From: Macrostomum lignano
Lineage: Eukaryota
DNA length: 64,000 nt
NCBI GenBank assembly: GCA_002269645.1
Contig: NIVC01002646.1
Coordinates: 89,243-153,242 of the forward strand
Reading direction: 5' to 3'
Positions 34,750 through 45,254 of the stretch are shown here, piece by piece. The notes beneath the pieces were generated by a model. It searched no databases and was not told where the DNA came from. It saw only the letters and a program-made list of their open reading frames with translations. Within the stretch, counting starts at the first letter, position 1; every line of letters begins with the position of its first letter. The position numbers and the translations under genes were made by a program.

Positions 34750-35680
34750 TCCAGTACAGGTAAGGAGCATAGGCGCAAAAAGTTGAGGCCCAACCCCCAT
34801 AGTCACGCGACCTATCAGAGACAGAGAGTACATAAAGTCAAGGCCCAATCCCCCATAGTCACCTGACCTAACAGAGACAGAGAGTACAAATAGTTTAGGC
34901 CCAACCCCCATAGTCACGTGACCTAACAGAGACAGAGAGTACAAATAGTTTAGGCCCAACCCCCATAGTCACGTGACCTAACAGAGACAGAGAGTACAAA
35001 TAGTTTAGGCCCAACCCCCATAGTCACGTGACCTAACAGAGACAGAGAGTACAAATAGTTTAGGCCCAACTCCCATAGTCACGTGACCTATTAGAGACTG
35101 AGAGTACATTAAAGTCAAGGCCCAACCCCTATAGTCACGTGACCTAACAGAGACCGAGAGTACAAAATCTTAGACAATTAGTATAGGTGGAAGTCAAGGC
35201 CCAATCCATCATAGTCACGTGACCTATCAGAGACAGAGAGTACATAAAGTCAAGGCCCAATCCCCCATAGTCACCTGACCTAACGGAGACCGAGAGTACA
35301 TAAAGTCAAGGCCCAACCCCTTTAGTCACGTGACCTATCAGAGACAGAGAGTACATTAAAGTCAAGGCCCAATCCCCCATAGTCACCTGACCTAACGGAG
35401 ACCGAGAGTACATAAAGTCAAGGCCCAACCCCTTTAGTCACGTGACCTATCAGAGACAGAGAGTACATTAAAGTCAAGGCCCAACCCCTATAGTCACGTG
35501 ACCTAACAGAGACTGTGAGAGTACATAAGCCAAGGCCCAATCCCCCATAGTCACGTGACCTAACGGAGACCGAGAGTACATAAAGTCAAGGCCCAACCCC
35601 TTTAGTCACGTGACCTATCAGAGACAGAAAGTGCATACAGTCGAGTCCCAATCCCCTATAGTCACATGACGTAGAATGCA
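34750..35680 (+). repeat. ~55-bp minisatellite containing GTCACGTGAC, between NIPSNAP and TRPT1 3' ends
   Basis: Period 55 (TAGGC at 34896 and 34951). Confidence 0.92.
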
Positions 35681-36108
35681 CACAAATGACCCGCCGCAAA
35701 GTCACGTGATGTATCGCAAATATCGAAAATTAGTATTTAGTCAACAAAACAAACAACGCACACGATTGATACGCTCAAAATTATTTTTTTGAATTTGTCA
35801 AATACCTTACAAATATAAATATTGCATCGCTATAAAGTTATTAACAATAAAGAAATTAATAAACCAATCCGAAAACTACTTACAAATCATGCATAATACA
35901 TTTTGCAGAGGGGTTAAGTAAGATTGTGTAGTTTTTCAAAAGAGCAGCATAGAACATAGAATAGAAGGCCACATATATATATTTGAATTAAAGCTGTCAT
36001 ATAAATAGCACTGCATTAGCTCGCGTCAGAATTGCTTCTCCCGTGGTGTGATAGAAATCTTTATTTATTATTCTGGCTTGATCTCGAATGAACAGCTGAT
36101 AGAGGAGG

Positions 36109-39100
36109 TCATTCATCCCGCCTCTGAATCAGAACTCCTGCGGGAAATGAAGACACGAGTTCGAAAATTTTACTGAGGCAACAATATTCTGCTTAAACGG
36201 GGTGGCGGTGACCCAGCAACTGGGGATCTGGGAGGCTGGCCCAGCGACTGATGAGGATCTGGGAGGCTGGCCCAGCAACTGAGGATCTGGGAGGCTGGCC
36301 CAGCGACTGATGAGGATCTGGGAGGCTGGCCCAGCAACTGAGGATCTGGGAGGCTGGCCCAGCAACTGAGGATCTGGGAGGCTGGCCCAGCAACTGAGGA
36401 TCTGGGAGGCTGGCCCAGCAACTGAGAATCTGGGAGGCTGGCCCAGCAACTGAGGATCTGGGAGGCTGGCCCAGCAACTGAGTATCTGGGAGGCTGGCCC
36501 AGCAACAGGATCTGGGAGGCTGGCCCAGCGACTGATGAGGATCTGGGAGGCTGGCCCAGCAACTGGGGATCTGGGAAGCTGGCCCAGCAACTGAGGATCT
36601 GGGAGGCTGGCCCAGCGACTGATGAGGATCTGGGAGGCTGGCCCAGCAACTGAGGATCTGGGAGGCTGGCCCAGCGACTGATGAGGATCTGGGAGGCTGG
36701 CCCAGCAACTGAGGATCTGGGAGGCTGGCCCAGCGACTGATGAGGATCTGGGAGACTGGCCCAGCAAATGGGGATCTAGGAAGCTGGCCCAGCAACTGGG
36801 GATCTGGGAGGCTGGCCCAGCGACTGATGAGGATCTGGGAGGCTGGCCCAGCAACTGAGGATCTGGGAGGCTGGCCCAGCGACTGATGAGGATCTGGGAG
36901 GCTGGCCCAGCAACTGAGGATCTGGGAGGCTGGCCCAGCGACTGATGAGGATCTGGGAGACTGGCCCAGCAAATGGGGATCTAGGAAGCTGGCCCAGCAA
37001 CTGGGGATCTGGGAGGCTGGCCCAGCGACTGATGAGGATCTGGGAGGCTGGCCCAGCAACTGAGGATCTGGGAGGCTGGCCCAGCAACTGAGGATCTGGG
37101 AGGCTGGCCCAGCAACTGAGGATCTGGGAGGCTGGCCCAGCAACTGAGAATCTGGGAGGCTGGCCCAGCAACTGAGGATCTGGGAGGCTGGCCCAGCAAC
37201 TGAGTATCTGGGAGGCTGGCCCAGCAACAGGATCTGGGAGGCTGGCCCAGCGACTGATGAGGATCTGGGAGGCTGGCCCAGCAACTGGGGATCTGGGAAG
37301 CTGGCCCAGCAACTGAGGATCTGGGAGGCTGGCCCAGCGACTGATGAGGATCTGGGAGGCTGGCCCAGCAACTGAGGATCTGGGAGGCTGGCCCAGCGAC
37401 TGATGAGGATCTGGGAGGCTGGCCCAGCAACTGAGGATCTGGGAGGCTGGCCCAGCGACTGATGAGGATCTGGGAGACTGGCCCAGCAAATGGGGATCTA
37501 GGAAGCTGGCCCAGCAACTGGGGATCTGGGAGGCTGGCCCAGCGACTGATGAGGATCTGGGAGGCTGGCCCAGCAACTGAGGATCTGGGAGGCTGGCCCA
37601 GCGACTGATGAGGATCTGGGAGGCTGGCCCAGCAACTGAGGATCTGGGAGGCTGGCCCAGCGACTGATGAGGATCTGGGAGACTGGCCCAGCAAATGGGG
37701 ATCTAGGAAGCTGGCCCAGCAACTGGGGATCTGGGAGGCTGGCCCAGCGACTGATGAGGATCTGGGAGGCTGGCTCAGCGACTGATGAGGATCTGGGAGG
37801 CTGGCCCAGCAACTGAGGATCTGGGAGGCTGGCTCAGCGACTGATGAGGATCTGGGAGGCTGGCCCAGCAACTGAGGATCTGGGAGGCTGGCTCAGCGAC
37901 TGATGAGGATCTGGGAGGCTGGCCCAGCAACTGAGGATCTGGGAGGCTGGCCCACAACAAAGCACAACAAAGGCTCTCACTTGGTCTCCGTTGATAAACC
38001 TCCTTGAAATACTTGGGCGCAATGGTACCAGTGGCGTCACCCTCGGACAGGATGACCTTGTTCTTGGACAGGACGAACTTGATGCCATCTGCAACAGTTG
38101 CATTGACTGTGCGTCAAAGTTAAAATGGATATGACAAACTAAGGCAGTCATGTCAAACAGTCATGCTCATTCCGCTGCAACTCTTGGACACGAATTCATT
38201 CATACGCTCAAACGAGGTGTACAGCGACTATCGACCTTCTAATAACCAACCTCTCAGCGCCATCTCCAAGTCAAGGTAGATGAGGATCTCAGCAGATCCT
38301 CGCATGCCGGATACGACGCCATCTTCACCGATTTCTCCCGGAGCGAAGTGGATATGAGTCCTGCCCATGGTCTTCAGGCCTTCCTGGCTGATCTGGCGCC
38401 AGTTCTTTAAATAGGTGCCGTGAATCACCACAGGGAACTGGTGAGCATTGGCCAGGTTCACGTCCGTGTATTCGATACCTTCCACTTTCATAGAGTGGCC
38501 TTGGGTTGCCCGCACCTGAGAGAATATGAGAATTGATGGGATAAATATGAGAATTTATGCGCTAACTATAAATGTTGATGGGATAACTATGAATGTTGAT
38601 GGGATAACTATGTATATTGATGGGATAATTATGAAAACCGATGAGGTAAATATTAAATTGATGGGATAAATATGAAAATTAATGGTATATTTTACGCAAA
38701 ACAATGAGTTATTATGAAAACCGATGGGATAAATAATGAAAACTGATGGGATAAATATGAAAAATGATGAGATAATTATGATAATTCATGGGATAATTAT
38801 AAAAACCGATGGGATAAAAATGAAAATGGATGGGATAACTATGAAAAATTATGGGATAAATATGATAATTCATGGGATAATGAGATAATTTTCATAGACT
38901 CAAGGTTCATTCACCTGCAAGCGACCAGTGCTTGGATCCGAGCGCAATTCGAATCGTTTCTTATCGTTAGCGTCGATCACCCGGCGTATGTCATCTACGT
39001 TGACGTCGGCGAACTCACTGTGGGCGAGCATCTCGTCCAGGTGCAGGTAGCCTCCGTCGGCAAACTTGAAGCCCTCCTTCTCGGCACCGTGCCGGAGGAT

Positions 39101-40076
39101 CCAAGCCAGCTTCTTGCTGATGATCACGTCGCGGTCCTTCTGCAAAAAATGATGGGTGAGATGGGCAGAGTGACAATATGGGTTCATTGTAGAGTGACAA
39201 TATGGGTCAATGTAGAGTGACAATATGGGTCAGTATAGAGTGACAATATGGGTCATTGTAGAGTGAATATATGGGTCATTGTAGAGTGACGATATGGGTC
39301 ATTGTAGAGTGACAATATGGGTAATTTTAGAGTGACAATATCAATATGGGTCAATATAGACTGACAATATGGGTCATTTTAGAGTGACAATATGGGTCAT
39401 TGTAGAGTGACAATATGGGTCATTGTAGAGTGACAGTATGGGTCAGTATAGAGTGACAATATGGGTCATTGTAGAGTGACAATATGGGTCAGTATAGAGT
39501 GACAATATGGGTCAATGTAGAGTGACAATATGGGTCATTGTAGAGTGACAATATGGGTCATTGTAGAGTGACAATATGGGTCAGTATAGAGTGACAATAT
39601 CGGTCAGTATAGAGTGACAATATGGGTCATTTTAGAGTGACAATATATGGGTCATTGTAGAGTGACAGAGTGACAACGCTCAAGGTAGTCACTAAAACAC
39701 ACGCAAACGCTACTACTAAGCTGGTAAGTAGCAAAAACAACTGAACTAACATTCAATTCTGGAGGCTTCAGTCGAATCTTAGCACCGCGCACACTGAACC
39801 TCAACTTGCCATCCGAGTGCACAGCGTTGTGCACCTCGCTGATGGAAACGCCAGCAAATTCATCTAGTTTAAGTATCTCCTCAATAAAGAAGTAATTATC
39901 TGAAAAAAATATTAAAAGTATAAAAATTCATAGAATATGTTCTATTGTAAATTTTCATAATTAGAAACACCAAGCATACCTGGAAGCATTCTTATGTCAG
40001 TTTCTTTGTAACCTCCATTGAAGAACCACTCAAGTTTTTTGAGTATATATTCATCCTTTTCTTTGCTGTTGCTCAT
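36109..40076 (-). CDS. TRPT1: tRNA/RNA 2'-phosphotransferase (Tpt1/KptA) with an extra degenerate N-terminal lobe, 6 exons, 290 aa
   Basis: Exons 40076-39980, 39899-39751, 39139-38915, 38515-38251, 38088-37981, 36137-36109, GT-AG and phase-consistent (873 nt). Motifs ISKKLAWILRHG, NDKKRF, VRATQGHS, VVIHGT, MGRTHIHFA, NKVIL, APKYF. Confidence 0.92.
36205..37953 (-). repeat. 28/32-bp minisatellite (same family as 1-405 and 3712-4765) with 722-bp higher-order duplication, TRPT1 last intron
   Basis: Rare variants recur at +722 (AGTATCT 36481/37203; GAGACT 36752/37474 and 36957/37679). Confidence 0.95.
38520..38890 (+). repeat. Degenerate ~21-bp AT-rich minisatellite (GATGGGATAAATATGAAAA..), TRPT1 intron 3
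   Basis: Direct reading. Confidence 0.85.
39160..39675 (+). repeat. 23-bp minisatellite (GTAGAGTGACAATATGGGTCATT)n, TRPT1 intron 2
   Basis: Direct reading. Confidence 0.93.
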
Positions 40077-40773
40077 GCCTGCCAAACTGAATTGGAAGCA
40101 TGCAAAGGGTTAATTTAGTGATTTAGTGAATTTTTCCTACACTTGATAGTGTGATTCTTATGTGACTTTGAAGGTTGCTCTAGTTTGATTTTTCTTTAGA
40201 ACAAATCCATCAAACATGTGATTACCCTACTAATTATGCAAATATAAGACTGTAACAATTGTATTAAAATCTATATTGAATATATAAACATATATCAAGA
40301 CATTAGGATCAAAATTGTTAGGATCTTTTAGGATTGAGATTTTATCTTCTTATCTCCAAATGTGAAGGCTTATCTATTTTGACTGATTATTTGCTATCTT
40401 ATTATTTTTTAGGCTTGTATACATTTTAACAAGTTCAAACTATATTTGAGTTTAAAAAATCCTATTTCACTTCAATAAAATACCAAATTTAATATATTTA
40501 CTAAAAATTTTTCTATTTCACTAAAATATTATTCAATAGATGATTGTTACTATTTAAAATCAAAATTGTAAAAATACTAAAAAGTCTATATAAGTCTAAC
40601 AAAGCATATTAGTTTGATTATATATATTTTAGTTTAATAGTCATATAAGTCCCAATTGTAGCTTAGGTCTAAACTGTGCAAGACACTCTACTTTTCTATG
40701 CCAAAGATACTATCTATAATAATAGCCATTGGTCTTTGCTACAATATGGAATATAATTAATTTAATTAATATG

Positions 40774-41345
40774 AGGGTCATCCCAAAAGTTCTCTATATC
40801 ACTGAATTACTTATACAAACTAGCACCAATTTTGAAGAAATCGCACATAAACTTTCACCAATATCTAAACACAAAATTGATGAATTTTCATAAAAAAATC
40901 TTAATGCAATTAGAAATAACAAGTTGAGTTGTCCAACACATTCAAAGCAAATAGATAGCTCTTATATATTGACTTCTTAAACTGGTACAGTGCAGCTCAT
41001 GCAGCATCACTGACCAGTCATATGAGTTATGACAGTTAGTCATGAATAAATGATGGAATTCTTATCAAATTCATTCATTCTTCTGCTTGTGACACTTGCC
41101 TTTTCAGTAAGTGATGATGCATGAAATGCATTGTGTCAATCTAAGAAGTCAATATGAGAGCTGTCTATTTGCTCTAAAGGTATAGGATAACTTAGCTTGT
41201 TATTTCTAATTGCATTGAGATTTTTTCATGAAAATTCATCAATGTTGTATGCAGATATTGGTGCAAGTTTGTGTGCAATTTCTTCAAAATTGGTGCCAGT
41301 TCGTATAAGTAATTCAGTGATATAGAGAACTTTTGGGATGATCCT
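40774..41345. mobile_element. Foldback-type MITE with ~205-bp imperfect terminal inverted repeats
   Basis: Arm 40774-40980 (AGGGTCATCCCAAAAGTTCTCTATATCACTGAATTAC...) is the reverse complement of 41141-41345; ~160-bp spacer; no TSD could be assigned. Confidence 0.8.
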
Positions 41346-41422
41346 TGTAGTTAATTTATTTATTAACATATTATTAAACTATTTAATTACTTCAATATAG
41401 CATAGTTAATTAATTATTATAT

Positions 41423-43004
41423 TGTGGTGGCCAGACTGTACACGACTGGCAGCACCAATGCAGCCACATTGGAAACCCTCCAACCTCTGTCTAGCTAAGG
41501 TGGGGTAGGTGCGCACCAAGCTAGCTGGCTTGCTAAGCTGGGGGGGGGGTGCACGTAGCCTATCATACCACGCCACCTTTTTGCACCTCCCTAGGCCTCT
41601 CAATATCGCGCTGTTTGTGTAAATATAAATATACGCACAAATCAGTGCAAAATCTTTGCTGCCATTACATCTATTGAACTAATTAAGGCTTTCCACCTCA
41701 TTGGTGAGCCTGACTCCCAGCGCAGAATGCTAGGCCTACCTGGTTGGCCCTGTGCAGTCCTGGTAGCCAACCACCTTGGCTGACTACAATCATACATGCG
41801 CAACAGTCGGCCGAGTCGGCCGATCCGGCCGACCGATTTGGCAGCCAATCAAGGAAGTCGCAAAAATGCCCATCCAAAAAAATACCAAAGTAGTATTACT
41901 AAGTAGCTGACGAGGCATTTTGACCTAATAAGACAGTCATAGTTACTCCTGCCGTTTACCCAAAGTTGCGTTAATTTTGCGTATGGTTTTTTTAATTACA
42001 TGTAAGTCGCATTTTGGCCAAAAACTACGTCGCATTTTTGTTAAAACTAAGTCGCATGGCCGACTGAATTTTGGAGGTTGCGCATGTATGACTACAATGG
42101 CATCATGGCAGCATAGTAGCACAGCAGCATGGCAGCACAGCAGCATGGCAGCACAGCAGCACGGTAGCACAGCAGCACGGCAGCACAGCAGCATGGCAGC
42201 ACAGCAGCACGGCAGCATGGCAGCATAGCAGCACAGCAACCCAGCAACATAGTAGTACCCTGTAGCTACAATTGGCCCAGTCAGCCTGCCCCCAGCCCCC
42301 AGTAGCTCCTGGGGTCTCGCCTTTTAGCCCCTATGTTGGACCAACCAATGCCATACACTGCAGCTAATTCTAGGTTAGCACCGCTGCTGCTAGCCTAACA
42401 TCCCCAGCCTCTGTGCAAGAGTTTCGACCCGGCTCACAGCGGCAACTGACTGTCAATTGCCTTGGGTGTGGTCCGGCTGTGCCCCTGCTGCTTTCGGCGC
42501 CCACCTGGCACCCCTGCTGCTTTTGGCACCTGCCTGGCGCCCTGTTGCTTTTGGCACCCGCCGTGTGCCCCTACCACCGTCAGCGCCCTGCTGCCTTTGG
42601 TGCCCAGCTAACTTCAGCGCTTGCTCTTTGGCACCTTTGATGCCTTCAGTGCCTGCTCCTTGACACTCTCGCTGCCTTGGCTATCACCCGACATTTGGCG
42701 CCTAGCTCAGTGCTGGGGGGAGCTGTGTAGTAGCCAGACTATACATGACTGGTAGCATCAATGCAGCCACACTGGAAACCCCCCAACATGTCTAGCTGAG
42801 GTGGGGTGGGTGCGCACTAAGCCAGCTGGCTTGCTAACATGGGGAGGTTGGGATTGGTGTAGTCTATCATGCCACGCCACCTTTTTGCACCTCCCTAGGC
42901 CCCTCAATATTGTGCTGTTTGTGTAAATATAAATATATGCCCAAAGCAGTGCAAAATCTTTGCTGCCATTACATCTATTAAACTAATTAAGGCCCTTTGC
43001 CTCA
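41423..43004 (+). mobile_element. Non-autonomous miniature LTR retroelement (TRIM-like)
   Basis: Diverged direct repeats 41423-41700 and 42724-43004, both TG...CA; 4-bp TSD ATAT; PBS-like TGGTGAGCC just after the 5' LTR; polypurine GGGGGGAG just before the 3' LTR; no pol ORF inside. Confidence 0.78.
41791..42090 (+). mobile_element. 300-bp hAT-type MITE, copy 1 (nested in the TRIM)
   Basis: 14-bp TIR CATACATGCGCAAC / GTTGCGCATGTATG; 8-bp TSD ACTACAAT (41783-41790, 42091-42098). Confidence 0.9.
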
Positions 43005-45254
43005 ATATATTATTTAATTATATATAGTATATATGGCAATTATTTTTTTCTCATTCTTATTCTCATACAATAAGACAAAATATCAATTCTATGCCTAGGC
43101 CCTAGATCTAAGAGAGCCAAATAAGGAGCAGAGGCAATTGGCTCACTTTACCAAGGCCTCTATTGGCACAACACAAATATGATCTTTTTACTAAACTTCA
43201 AGGCAAAATTGTAATAAAGGATAGAATAGAAACTTAAAGGCAATAAAAGTAGACATAGCCAAGATAGGACAAAAAGGCCAAAATAGGCCTATATTTAAAA
43301 AAAACTGCTAAATAAAAATAGTTTAAATCAAAGTGAGAATAGCATTGAGTTAAAATTAAGCAAAATTTTGGGTTCTGTTGTTTATTTTTCAAGTCATAAG
43401 GCTCAATGGATGCTAAGTAAAGCTAAGCATATCGCATATCATATCTTAAAGTGAAAAAGAGGAACACAAAGCTAGTAGTTGAATAGCCTCGCCCTATGCC
43501 AAAAATAAACCATGTTTTTTAGTTGCTTTGGAAATTTACTACCTATTTCATATTCGGTTATAGGCTTATATAGGCCTAGCACAGAGTTCAAGCCTTCAAG
43601 GTTGGCCTATAAAAGTATTTTTTCTGGATCCACATCTGCTTAAAATCAAAATACTGCAGTTAGAATAAATTGAATTTTTTAGAATAAACAAAAAGTATAG
43701 CATGTTGCAACACTATATTCTGACTTGCACAGTACATTCCTTTGAAATTTCGAAATTCATTATTTAATTCATGATTGATATTAGGCCTCGCAAGGTTTAG
43801 AGGCGACAAATCAATTAATTTAAACATTAGAACTAACTAAATTGCAAGGTGTAACTATATTTTTTTGAAAATGAGAGTAAGCATCTAGTGACGTTATTTT
43901 TAGTATAATTTTACATAATCTTATATGGCAATGCATTTAAAAGAATCATGGGAAACGAAGTTAAAAAGACGGCAAGTGCTAGAAATGCTTTTAAATTTTT
44001 GCCTAAATTTAAAATAATATATAGTAAAACGTTTAGCGACTTTCTTGCAACTGGTTTTTTGTTGACATATTTTATGCTATAGCATTTTATTAGTTTAAAC
44101 ATGTTGATTTTTTAAATATTTTCTCTCGGATTATTTATTTACTGACTGCTGCGTGTGTGCGTGTGAATGTCAGAGTGCACCTGACTGCAACCGATCTTAT
44201 CCGTAGAAAAGGTAGGGCCTACCGAATTTGATACGATCTTATCAGGATAAAAACGTGTCATCTGTCGTGCAGGCATGTCAACCATCAGATAAAAAGCGCC
44301 TTTAGCGCTAAGTAATCTGAATAGAGAGTCTTTCTTTTGGCGGCGCCGCGGCGGCGGCTTGGGCAATTATGCAGCTAGAAGATACACTGTAGAAATGGCA
44401 TACTTTATGCTTCTTCTTCAGCCTAATAGTGTATAAATTCACATGTATCCAAGGCCTATGTAAAATCCCTATGTCATAGGCCCTATTGTATTATTGATAT
44501 AATGCTTAAGCTTAACGCCTTAAGCATTAAGCATTAAGCAATGCTTAAGCATTAGTTGCCTGTTGTTAGGCCTATTAGTATTGGCTATTGTAGCCTATTA
44601 TAATTTGTGTTATTATGTTATTGCAATTTTGTTTATTACAGTTATGAATTATTATGAGTTGTTCCTTTCAAAAGTTACAAGGCAAGCCGCAAGGTAATTA
44701 GGCTAGAAATATTTGGACTAGGCCTAGCTTTATGGATATATAAACCTTAGATATTTAGTATATTTGGATTGTTGGTTTTTTAGCCCCTAGAGTGGGGGTG
44801 GCTACTATTGAACCTTATAATGAATTGGATTGTTGGTTATCAGTGCTCTTGGAACTTTTGTCTTATCTTGCATACTCTTAGCTCATGACTTTGTTCATTT
44901 CAACCCTGGTCCAAATTGGAAGCAAAACGGTCCATGGCCAAAATGGTTTGTGGGCGAAATGGTCTAAGGTGAAATGTCCATGGCTAAAATAGTTTATGGG
45001 CAAAATGACCAGTTACCTATTTTAAGAGTGCAAAAATGCTATTTTTGTAGCTTTTAGATATTGAGATAGGGGCCTAGGGGTAGAAAATAATTTTCTTGAA
45101 ACTGTTGCTTTTGAAAATTTGCTGACACCAGTGAGGTGGGGTGGGTTCCTTGTTTGAATAGTTGCTGACGTTGAGTTTGTACAAATAAAGCCGGAAAAAT
45201 CAAGTTTAGGTGAATCTCAACAAATTTCTTCTCCTTTTACTCCGATAGCCAGGG

